From positions 704,001 through 768,000 of the forward strand of contig CBDBCZ010000015.1 of the NCBI GenBank assembly GCA_965203295.1: a stretch of 64,000 bases of DNA. The letters are read 5' to 3'. Shown piece after piece: positions 1 to 12,800 of this stretch. Made by a program: the position numbers and the translations under genes. The number at the start of each line of letters is the position of its first letter. Position 1 is the first letter of the stretch. Source of the stretch: Nitrospirales bacterium (GTDB lineage Bacteria; Nitrospirota; Nitrospiria; Nitrospirales; UBA8639). Under the pieces are notes generated by a model. The model ran no database searches. It was not told the origin of the DNA and saw only the letters and a list, made by a program, of their open reading frames with translations.

Positions 1-873
1 TCAGTGTATAATTCATGCACTCAGAAGGGAGTAAAATGGCAAAGTTGAACACTGACGTAATACATGCAGCCCCAACTGCTGTGGAGACCATGTATATTTC
101 CCCCCACAGTTCTTAGAATACACAGAGGTGCGTATTGCCATTTTCAAAGCAATATTCTGTACTTCTGGTGCCCCAAAAAATGTTGCTTCTTTTGCTCATG
201 CAATCACCAAATAGACATGAGTTTTCAGTTGGTCGTGAGAAACAGTAACTCGATCATGGCTGTCAGTATGTGAAAGCTAGAAGCTACTGCCAACCTATAT
301 GTATTTGTTTGTGATGGAGTTAGCTTTTAGCTATCACAAAATTTTCATAACAATTTCACTTCTACAGTACATGCAGTGAGGGGTTTTTAGTTTGTGATAG
401 TCGATCCACTCACTGAAAGAAAAGGAATATTTTGTACATCTTTGTATTATGCTTCCCATGCGAGTTCATATTTTCAGCTACCACTCCAATGTCCATAAGG
501 AATTGCAGTAGGCTAAAATTGCACGTTGGTCACACAGGGTATACATAAAATTTAGTTACTAATATTATTGCTGAGGTGGAAGCTACATGTACATTATACT
601 ACCAAAACTGAAAGCTATCAGAGAGAAAGCAGAAAGAATGAGTGAGCATACATGCTGCAGTCATAAACCATACTGCACACAATACCTGTTGACTCTCAGG
701 CTAAAGTTAGCAAGCTCTAACAAATGGAGACGCGGTAATAAAATCAAAGACAGCTAGTAGCTAAAATTAATGTAATTTGTTTGTAACGCACCATTATGTA
801 CATGCAAAAGGGAAGAATGTGAAATGGTGTGAGGTTGATCAGATGCCAGAGTTAGCAAGGAATACTACAGTAC

Positions 874-3800
874 CTTGATCTTAGTTTCTGTTCTCTCTTC
901 AAGCTCTCGGATTCTCTGGCCACCACGACCTACACATGGGAAATCTCTGTCATGTGTATGTATGGTTATACTTGTATTTGGGAGAGTGTTCCTCCTCAGT
1001 ATATAATCCCATTTTCACTTGGGTTTTGTGACATTTTTATCATAGGGTAGGCTGAACTTTGTAAAATGGTTCTACAGTGTATGCTTTTTTATGAGTAAAC
1101 ATAGTAACTAATAGAAAAGGTGCTAGAGACAAGACAATTACAAGTCACAAACAGTATATTATGAAAATCCTAGCGAGAAAATCATGTGAAAGGTTTGTGA
1201 AGCTACTGGCATTATGGACTTAAAAAGACAAATTCTCTATTGAACACACTAGTGTGGGGCACGCTCAAACTTGCCCAAATATATACTCATACATGTATGT
1301 ACACTCTCAAGTGTTTTTCTGGAATCTATATAAATACACTCCCAATTATTCTTAAAAATTTTGACCATAGTCAGGGGTTCATTTAACAGAGTGTAATGAA
1401 TGCAAATCAACAAAGTATAATACATCTACTTGCAAATTCACAAGAAGTGATCTCAGAGAGTTAAAATTATGCTGGGGGAGCATGGCCCGAGACCCCCCTA
1501 GCATGAGTTGTGTAAAGCACACTTCTTTCTATACCCCCCCCCCCCCCCAAAGTCAACAACATTCCACTTTTGCCTCCCCTTGATAAATTATACAGTAGTT
1601 GTGCTTGTTTCGCTAGCTCTATACAGATAGAAATGATAAATGTCACCTCTATGTGATTTGTATGAAACACTTTGCATGCAGTTAGCTAGTAGTGCTGCTG
1701 ACTGAGCCACATGGAGGCAGCTTTACATTCAGGCCTCAACTTAGCGTTCAAACCTGACTCGGTCACAGTGGGGAGAAAGTTCACAGTGTGTGTGGAGATC
1801 ACGTTCTTTTAGTAGCTAGTTAAAGCACTTTGTATGCCAGTAGTGGTAGCTAGACTACATGTATATAGTGTAGCTGACAGATTCCTGCTTGAGCCATGGG
1901 CCCATGTGGAGGCAGTAACTGAAAGGAGAAACTGCGAACAACTGCAGGAAAAGAGATTGAAAACAAAACAGGCAAGCTAAGACCGAAGCCTAGCTTCCTA
2001 GCCACAGCCTACTTGTACGTGTGGCACTGACTCCATTTAATGCACCTTTGCGCTATAGAACACGCTTGAAGTGCTCATTTGGGACCATCATGATAATACC
2101 GTCGACTGTTAGAGCATCCCAACGCATGCAGCGATCATCAAAGTACTAATGTGTACTTATATACGATGACATCACAGTCTTTTTGCGTATTCTCGCGCCA
2201 TCACGTACGACGTCACATCCGTTACACACACACACACACACACACAGACGCACAGAAGTAAAAGTAAAGTATTGATAAATGAACCCTTGCATAGTAACAT
2301 ATATCAATACTTTAACATTAGTTGTGTCCGCGTGTGAGTAACGGATGTGACGTCACACGCGAGTGCAAATGGACTCGAATACGCGAGAAGGTCGTGACAT
2401 CATCAAACGAGTACTTCGACCACTGCATGTGTTGAGATGCTCTGACAACCGACGGTATTATGTTATAACGGCCTCAAATGAGCACTTCGAGCGCCCTCTA
2501 TCGCATTGTGGCTAGATAGCATGCACAGCTGTATTAAACTGTTTAGTGCGCTAGACAAACAACGACAATGTGCATTAAATGGAGTCAGTACCGTTTGCCT
2601 ACATGCCAGTACATGTAGGCTATGGCTGTGAAGAGCTATAGGCTTCGGTCCTAGCTATCCTGCTATATTTTGCAATTTTTGCAGTCTCTCCTTTGAGTTA
2701 CTGCCTCCACATGGCTCAGGCAGGAATCTGTCAGCTATTTTGCTCTACTGGCCTCTTCATGCAATATATACTTGGTCATGCTTGTTCCACAGTGCCCTGC
2801 ATTTACCTAGTTTACATTATGGCGGCAGTTATTTGTGCAGGTTAGGTAGTGGTGAACTGTGGTGCATGGTAGGTGATTTGAGGTTTGTTTATACGTAGAG
2901 TGGAGTACGCATGCCATTCTGAACACGTGCCTGCCCCCGAGGTCCAGGGGAGGATGGTCACTATCTCACGAACCAGCCCCTCACATGAAATGTTCGTGTG
3001 AGGGGCTAGCTCGTCAGACTAGCTAGTCATGACAAACAACTACTGGAGAAGCTATATATCAAAGCAACTGGCCAGATCACTTTGCCAGCAACAGTTTTTA
3101 AATGGCCAACCACAGCTGCTAACGGAAGATTGGAGAGCCACAATGCATGCTGGCATGAAATATCATTGGCATCTTGTGATCATGTCGTCGCTCTCCAGTG
3201 CTCATATCTCAGCTAACAGTATGGGTACACAAATTTTACGAGCCTAGGATCCTGTAGTAAGCCTCCCTTGATCAAACTACATGTACATATGTACATGATA
3301 AACTTGTCCAGACATCTGATTCTTTTAAATTATCTGCAAAGACATCAAACAAGAAACAAACAGAGACGCCACTTTGAACGCATGCCTTGCCCCCCGAAGC
3401 CCGGGGGAGGGTGGAACAAACTTTATACAAATATATTATATAAACACTAGCTGAGATTTTTAAGCCCATAGCACGCGATTTAATGAAGCGTGGAAGGGTA
3501 GCATGTTGAGCCATCTCATTTCTTTGAGAGTCTCTGTGGCAGTCTTGATGAGGTTGACGTTCACTAGGCTAAGCCACACAACTTGACCCTTGGTAGGCTT
3601 ATCATTGACTATTATGTACAACTTAGGCTCGGGTAAAGTATTGCTAAGTCAGTGGTTTTCTAATACGCATGTACTCTAATGTACAAAATGTTCCTCCTCT
3701 CACCCAAGAAAAATGAAACAAGTTTTAGAAAATCATGTTACAAATCTAGTGATACACAATGTGCAGGGATGTCCTCGCTTCGCGAGAATTGCTGTGTGCG

Positions 3801-6800
3801 GCACATTTATTTTGTGGTACGCCTACAATGAAGAAAAAAGTCAATGGAACAGGGCACGCCTACAATACCCACGCACTACACAAAATTGCTAAGTGCAATA
3901 ATGTGCCTGGAAGTCCAGAGGCTGAAGCAGGCTACAGCGAGCGCTTCCAAGTCTCCCGCTCAGAGTTCTATAATGAAGGTTAGTGTGCGTAGCAAGTTTG
4001 GTAGGCTATACGTCTGGAGAAGTGGCTGGGGGGGACACCATGACAACGAAAAAGGTCAATGGAACCGGAGTATAGCCTTGCTACACTCGGAATGAAGAGC
4101 ATGTAGGAATTGAATCCCCACAAAAGCAGCCAAATAAGGTACATAGGAATGAGCAATCTCTCCAACCACACACAACACACAAATGCGCGCTACAATAGTC
4201 CATATTTGGATTTTAATAAGATGACTTTGGCATTTCTTTCTGTATGGTAAAAAGTAGATACAGGGAACAACGCTGCCAAAGCAGCAGAAATACCTGAAGT
4301 CTTTTAACCGATTATGGTCTATTTCTTACTTAACCATACTGAAGTCATTCTTACCAATCACCTTACAGTATTCGAGGGCAATAACGGCTCATATATCCTG
4401 GTCACCGTGAGTGCATACGTAATCTGGGTACCCTGTTCCGTTCCATTCGTTCAATTGTTGAAAAAGCTATGGTAGGCTGGTGGCTTGGAGAGCCTAGGCA
4501 AAGCGCATGGCTTTTTTCGTAGGTTATTGGAAAATCAATGCAGGAAAGCGTGTAAGCTACTGTTCTCTGTTTGTGGCTAGTTCTGTTGCATTTCCGTGTA
4601 CCTGTGCACGTGGCCACATGAACAGCCTACTAAAACGGTGCTAGGTGCTGGCTAGACGGCTAGCTGCCGTAGCTATTAGCAGTCCTTTGTGCCTGCTACA
4701 TCTACATATACAGGGAGTATTTTGCATTTTGAAAGCCTGGTTGCTTGCTGGTTTACAGTATTGTGCAAAACTGCACCTTTCGTAAGCTTTTGCCAAGCTT
4801 TACCACCGCTGGCAAGCTGTGGTTTGTCCTATAGACTTTTCAAGATCTTGTAACTCTTGTCGGAATGACTTAGGCATGGTAAAGGTTAGTTGTATCCCTG
4901 CCCAACGGGATGTAAACCTCGCTATATCCCATTAAATAGGGAGAAAGTGCCCCTGGTATCCACTGATTGCGCATGTGCTTAATTTCCCAGCATTCCGTGG
5001 CGATAGGATACCACCGTGGCATGTCCGTGGTATGATGACGTCAATATCGTAAATGTGGTCGTATTATCAATTTGGCACGTGTTAAAATGGCTGCTTGTAT
5101 GGAAGACTTCAATCACTCGATTTTTTACACCCTCCAATACTCTGGGTGCGCGACGATGACACTCAAACTCTAGCAGAGGGCGTCTGTGAAGTCCATCTAT
5201 GAAGGGAAGGATCTTTACCAACTGGCCTTGGTAAGTAATTGTGCTATGAAGTTCTACCTTTCGTGTTTGATGTGAAGCTTGGCAGGCTTACTGACTAGGC
5301 ACTTATCGTGCTAGCCTGGCTGAAGAAGAAAGGGGTAGACTATTAGGCCACTCCCCCCCCAGTGTGTCGACTTTCCGGTGTGGTACTTGAGCGAAGCATT
5401 ATAGCAACACCAACAGTCTTGTTAATACTTGAAATGCCATGGTATGGCTCATAAAAGCCTATGACTATAATCAGAGCCGAGTACTGAACGTATGATTTTG
5501 TACGCGTTATATGGGCCGCCATTTTTTCTCGTGCCATCCCTACATACCATAAACTCTGGAGTGCAAGTACAGGTACTTCTATTCGGAGATTGCGCATTTT
5601 CGTGGCACAGATTATGTGGGGTACTTATAATCATGGGGTACTTTTCAACGAGGTTAAATACATGGTAGTACAACAGCATGCATATTAAACTTGTAGTTTT
5701 GGTCTTGATAGTCACTTTTGTGTTTTCTCGGCTTCACTGTACTCTGTGATTGTCATAGTACTGGTCTTACATGTGAGCAGTCTTTCTTTGCACTGAAATG
5801 TATACTTGAAGTGTATACTTGCAAGGCAGTTCTATGCCCCCACCAACAGCCCATATGCCTTCGGATGCAGACCTAGGTGGACCCGTTGTCGTTGTCACTA
5901 GTTACACATGCACTGTCATGCGTCCCAGTTTACTTAGTTGTCTGATGGGTACTTATATTCATTGGTACTTTTATTTGCATGGGTAGTACTATTCAAGAGT
6001 GGATAGCAACTGGGTCCATGGGTACTTATATTCATAGGGTACTTGTATTTGATGGGTACTTATACTCCAGAGTTTATGGTATGGAGTACTACCGCACTCC
6101 ATGATAAATTCCCATGTGGGGTTGGTCAAGTGCAATATTTGGATGTGAATATTGTTGGTGTGGCATGGAGCCGGATGGAGGGGACAAGTACATAAGTGTG
6201 GTTGTGTGGGATATGCATGGGCAGTATGCTTGTGCGGTAATGATTGAGTGGTGTTAGAGTAGCTTCAAACTGAGGCCTTCCATGTAGATTTTGAAAGGTC
6301 CATGAAAGGTCTGGGTTCGAGGCTAGTTGCAAAGTGCAGTACGTAGGTGCAGTGCAGTGTCTGCGTTTCACTGGGCGCAATTGTGTCTGGCTGTGTGTGG
6401 ACAGTTCTATAAATGGTAGTGCAAGGCATACACTCTCCAAGGACAAAGATGTGTACTGCAGTTTCTAGTACCACTCAGACAAATAGTTGCCTGCCCCCTC
6501 CAGTATTTCGCATCCCATTAGCTTAACATATTCAGGGTACTTACAGATGGAGTCTTTTCCTTATGACACCAGTTAGTCTGGTTACACAAGAATACAATTA
6601 TAATTCTTCAACAGCACCTCTGGCCAGAAGTCGATCGCTAACCAAATATAATCTGCCTTGTGTGTAAAGTGTCTTCATTTTTATAGCTAAAGATTGTGTA
6701 ATAATGAACCAGGAGATGCAACTCGCAGCACATCAAAGGTAGGCGTTAAATGGACGAGCACATGCAGTCTGCGCACTACGGAATCCGAGTCATTAATGGT

Positions 6801-9800
6801 GTGCAACAGGGAGCTTCCGCTCGAGAGTACTCATGAATCGCTGCTGAACCTATTCGAGTTTGTGAATACGATATGCTATGAATGCAATACTCCAGAAAAA
6901 ATGATGCCTATTCGTGATATCATTGTAATTGCCTCAGGCATTATTGTGCTAATTAGCCTGGCTGAAAAAAAGAAGAAGAAAAATAAGATAGATGATTCTT
7001 TGTTTTAGCCACTTGCCAGTTTGGTACTTCGGTGATACTCTTTAGCAATGCCGACAGCCTGGTTAGTGATGAGAACGCTCGAGAATGGCAGGTAGGGCTC
7101 ATATTAGCCTACACTACGCCAATGCAAGAGTTATGAACATGTCATTTTGGCCATCCCTACATACAGAGTACTACCGTACTCCGTGATATTCAGTAAAGTG
7201 GCTGTATAAGCTGATTTCATGCTGTACGTATCATCTTCTACTTACTTTGCCAATTATGGCAGGCCTCAGTCCGTGTTTGCTTGCCGAACGCAGCAAGGCC
7301 AATAATCATGTGCTATGGACTCAACGATATCAGCTAGCATTTATAAATAATACAAGTAGTTGTTGAACTTGCTCGCTGCGCTCGCTCTGTGTGGATAAAG
7401 ATTACAGATGTAATCTGCATGTGATTTGTTGATTTGTAGGGTACATTTTAGTGTTACTGACAGATCCCGGCCTGAATCACATGGAGGCAGTACTACAGAG
7501 ACTAAAATAGGTTCCAGACGGAGGCAGTGACTCAGAGGAGGGACTACAAACTGCTGCTAGACCACACAGACAAGCAGCTAGCTAGCCAATGCTACATGAA
7601 GGCGAATGGCACTGACTCCATTTTAATGCCCATTGACATCGACGTTGTTATCCTAGCATATAAGCAGCTATCTCCCCGCTTGGCTTTCACTTACAGAACT
7701 ATACTGCAGCTAATCTTTGTGATAAAGGGCCTGACATCGCGAGACTACGTCTTGTAGTATTTGCTGGAAAGAGCTAGCATCATCTCGCACTTATTTAATA
7801 TACAGACACAAGCTACTTTGACCCGAGACCGTGAACTTTATAGGTCACAGATAAAAGTTCACCAGTGAGTGTGTGCATGCAACTTCCGTTTCCGTTTTTG
7901 ACACGTACGCACGGACACACGGACACAACCAGGCGTAATAATAGATATGTATGTTCTATAAAGTTTGTTCCAACCCCTCCCGGGACTCGGGAGCATGGCA
8001 TGTGTCAAAACAGCGACTCTGGTAGTTTCTTGAGTGCCATCATCAAAGTCATGGCAGACATTTTGAGTGCCATCATCGAAGTCATGGCAGACAAAGAGTC
8101 AGAGGTCTGGACAAATTTGTTGCGTAGTTTTAGCAAGGGAGACTTGCTATAGCTCCCAGGTTAGTAGTAGTAAGCTGAGATACGAGCGCTGGAGACAAAC
8201 GGCAAGATGACGATCAAGCAATGTCAACGGTATTTCAAGCAGCATGGCCAATTTTTACGCTCTTCAGATAGCAGCCGTGGCTGGCCTTTGGAAATATGCT
8301 GCTGATAAAGTGATCCTCCTGAAGGCCAGTTGTTTTGATATGCATAACTTCTCCAGTGGTTATTCTTGTGACTAGCTTGCTCACAAAAATACTCGTCACC
8401 TCTCACGGCCTGTGAGCAAGCAGGGGTACTAAGTCCCACCTAATTTGCTGAGTCTAGTTGTTTCAAGAAACTTCTATAATCCCACCCTACTCTCTACCTT
8501 TAATACACTACCTTCCTAATCTAGTAAGGTTAATAGATTAGGAAGGTATGTGGTTCCACATACTATGACCCTGATCGATTTACACAAAATTAACCAGCTG
8601 CCACCACATGCAACGCATGTCTACAAAGCTATGCAAGGCATATTTCGCGTGCATATTCCTACATAGTATATATAAAAATTGCCATGGAAACGACAGGTGA
8701 TGTATACCTCATCAAATTCAACATGGCATATAACATAGAATATCAGTGATATACCACCTGCTATAGCGTTCGAATGTTTACTGGGAATGTACCCCTCAGG
8801 CCTGCAGCCCTCACGGTATATTCCCAAAAACCTCCTCCACATCAGGTATTAGTAGACTCCACTCGAGAGTACTCGTAAATCACTGTGAACCTATTCGATT
8901 TCTTTGAAAAGTTATGCTACGGGTGCAATACCCCAGAGAATATCCAGCTTGTTTGTGCTTGAATCATTACCCCCCCCCCCCCCAGTGTTTCAACCTGCCA
9001 GTGTGGTACTCCAGCGAAGCTTTCTAGCAACACTAACAGACTTGTTGCTGATAAAAACACTAGAGATGTCATGGTATGGCTCATAAAAGCATATGACTAT
9101 AATTAAAGCCAAGTTCTGAACGTACAATTTTGTATGTGTTGTATGGGGCTGCCATTTTTTCTCCATGCCATCCCTACATATGGAGTACTACCATACTCCA
9201 TGATATAACAAATCCTAGCTGACATTCCAGCCTACACTGGAAGATTGCTTGCCTCGTGCTAAGGTGCTCAGCAAGTAATGAACAATCCTTACTAAATTAG
9301 TACATAAACACCCAACAGAATATGCCTACCAATTACTTTGCCCACATCAGCAGAGCGCATATAGAACTTGACTGGTTCTGCACTGCACCATGAAGTAACG
9401 TGAGCAGTCTTACTAAAGCCATCAGTACTCCTTCCCCACGAGTCTTCTTTATATGTACCAGCAGCTGTACCTGCAGAGTGGAGAAGTACAACCACTGTGG
9501 CATTAAAATGGAATGAAGAAACAACAGTATGATAAAAATCTATGATAAAAATCTTGCAGTGGAAGCTAGTACATTCCATGCATAAATGGGCAGGCTAAAG
9601 TAGCATACTCATGTTGAGGCCGTAGCGCTTATGCCATCGACCATGCACCCACATACGCAGGCGGAGCTTGAAAGATCTCCAGTCAGAGGACAAGAGCAAG
9701 AGCAACCAGATGTCTCACCATTACCATCCTGATCGCCATATAATATATTCTTCCTAGTATCCCAGATTAATAAAACAAAACTCTTTAACTAGCCTTAATA

Positions 9801-12800
9801 AAGCCTTAAAATCATATCTCAAGCCCGTTCTTTCAAGTGATCTAAATTCTTTAAATTCCACCCAGCAGATTGTCTAAGTCTTCCATGAAAGTGTTTCTAA
9901 TAGTATCATATGCAGGACACTCCCAGAGCACATATACTACACTCTCACATTCATCCCCACATAACTTACACTGCCTATCATTACTTTTACCCCGATGTCT
10001 TCCTAACTCTTCATTCAGACCATTAGTACCAGGCCTATACTTAAACATCAATCATGTTCCTGTATCCCCAACTCCCTGCAAGTAATTTTAATTCTATTTC
10101 CTTACAAAAAGACTCGTAAAGACTAAGTTTAACTTTACTATTTAAGCCATAATTACAATCTTTATATTCTCTATATCTCAATGCTTCATCTACTCCCTCT
10201 AAAAACAAGTTTAGATTATAACCTTCAGCTAGTATTTGCCGACTGTCTAGATTTAACAGCAGCAACAATTCACTAATTACTTTCCTCCAGGTCTTCCTCT
10301 GCTTACCTCTACGCGGCTTCACTACCCACTCACAGTCTAGAAGTAGTCTAGAATATCTTTCAGCATGCAAATTATTGACTTCATACCACCACTTAAGTTT
10401 GCATCTATCCCTCCTGCCTTTCAAAGATATCCCCCATTACTGCTTCATTACACGTTTTAGAAAAGCAGCCAAGTATCCTTTTAGCTACTCCTAGCTGAAT
10501 AGATTCCAAGGAAGCTGTCTGCCTTTTATTACAAGCACACACTTCACTACCATACTCTAAAGTAGGGCGAAGTACCAAAACTACCAATAATTATCCTTCT
10601 TGCAACTGTACTGATATTCCTATTACTTAAAAACCTATGTAATTGATTCTGTTTTTCCTTTCCATTATTTAATACTTTCTGTACATGACTATCCCATGAA
10701 CCATTCTCAGCAAATTCAATCCCCAAGTAACAGTAACTTACAACCTCTGGAATGTCTTAATTTCCCCACTTCCATGTACATGCATCTGTATTAACTTCTT
10801 TAGAAAATACCATAACAGCACTCTTTTTTATGTTAGATTTCAACCTCCATTTATTACAAAACTCCTGCACTCATTAATCAAGGAATGTAAAACACTGTGT
10901 TTAAATGAAGGAGGTATCACACAAAGTCTAAAGGTGTTATATGGCTGCAATTTAGGCTTAGACAAGAATCATATTGCCAGGGGCACGCCTTAACAACACA
11001 TAGGGGAGTAGCACATCACGACCGGCGTACCGTATGACCATCTCGATACCAGCCCACTTTCGAACCTGTACTAGTACTAGCCTGTGTACATGCTTTAGTG
11101 GTTGGTGGAGGAGTCTGTACGCACTGTTCATGCATGCTCGGTTCCCTAAGGATTTCTGGGAATTTGGAAACTAGTGGATATTATTGTCCATCCTCATCGT
11201 ATTACTGTCCATAGCCTATGAATGACTCTTAACCCGTGCAGACGCTTATAAAATCATTGCTAGTTAAATTCTTCGATTAGATTTACTTCTGCAGTTTAAT
11301 ATATCCCCTCCATACCTCATATATAGCAGCTATTCCTGTTACATGTATATGGTTGCCCCTTCTAAATATTTGGGAATGCTTTTGCTGGCTTCGCCTATAA
11401 ATTGTATCTAAACTTTACTCGTATCTTGTCTGTCTGACCGAGTCTCATCCCCAAAAACTAAACTTTCTGGTTCAATACGAAATAAGACCTTTGTTTCTTT
11501 CTACAGCTATTTCTTTGTGTTTTTTTTGGGGGGGGGGGGGGGGGGGTGGGTGAATGCTTTTTTTATATATAGTGGACAGCGATATTTCTGTTCCTGTCTG
11601 CTCATTAAGTCAGCTCCTGCCTAATTGAGATGTATACCAGGACGATCAAGAACTAGAGTAAGATCATTGAGCTCATACGTAGCATGCAAGAACAAGACGT
11701 TGACGGGCAGGACACTGCAGAAAAGAAGTACCGAGCAAAAGTATGCAGTGAAACAGGGCTACAAGTACAGCCAATTAAGTTCATATTTCAAAAGGTTAAG
11801 TAATAAATATAAGAATATCTTTGCTAAATTTGGGGTGTCACTTAAACAACATAATAAGATAGTATACCACTGCCTCTAGCTACCATGGGAAGATTAAACA
11901 GATTGGTTACTGTTAGATAACAAGCTAAATGTAAGTGGGGTGCTCTAGATAGGATCAGGAAGTGATGTCATAGACTACTATACTGTACAGGTGTCTGTAG
12001 TTTTAAAATTTCTAGTCAGTTTTTAAATTTCTAAACAGTTTTTAGTTAGGTTGTACAGGTCCAGTTTCAAGTGTTTCAAGATACAGAGGTTGGGAGGTTT
12101 CTTTCCAGGGCAAGGGGGACTGGTGTGGGGAGGGGTGAGTTGTAGTACCTAAAAGTGAGAGTTTATTCTTGTGATCATGAAGCAATCTGCAAATATAGGA
12201 GCATGCACTGAATGAGTGGGGAGAGTTGGCGCCGTTAAAGACTCTTTAACCCACCACCCCCCACTCTCAAGGTCAGGCATTCAGTGCTTTTTATTTTTGG
12301 TGTTGTTAGTTATGTTTTATAACATATGTGCCCCCCCCCCCTGTAACTACTGAACCCATCCCCTAGCAGAAGCATGTGTCGCTGTGCAATGGCTCATAGA
12401 TCGATGTGCAACTACAAATGTTGTACAAAGAAGAGGAAGACAAGCCCAAGGTAGGAACTGGCTATACAGCACTGTTGGTGTGTATGTACATACGATCGCC
12501 TTTCGAGCGGTAGTGTTGTGCATTGCACATGTTAATGTCGTCGGCAAGCCAAAAATGGCCGGCCTGCGAGATTGTAGATCTACTATGCGCATCAGTGTAA
12601 AGGGGCACAATATATCTATTCATTCCAGTACTGACCCACTGTAAGTGATGAAATTTGTCACAACAGTGAACCTCAGTCCGATCCTGAAAATTTTGAATAA
12701 GAACCAGGAGCTCACATGCACAGACAATCACATCCCAGGTTGTATGCAATGCTGAATGCTGCAATGCGTTTCACTGGACGTAGTCCATGGGAGTTGAGCC

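Noticed and set aside
110..200. Minus-strand KEATFFGAPEVQNIALKM as the next KH exon of the DDX43-like gene
   Set aside because: Preceded by an in-frame TGA, with no phase-0 acceptor that has a pyrimidine tract; similarity may be chance.
11528..11550. Long G-run as a G-quadruplex regulatory element
   Set aside because: Homopolymer G/C runs recur in the window (about 1533, 8970, 12330) with no specific context.
11290..12010. Possible further LINE or Penelope 3' remnants
   Set aside because: Too degraded; no diagnostic motif could be read.
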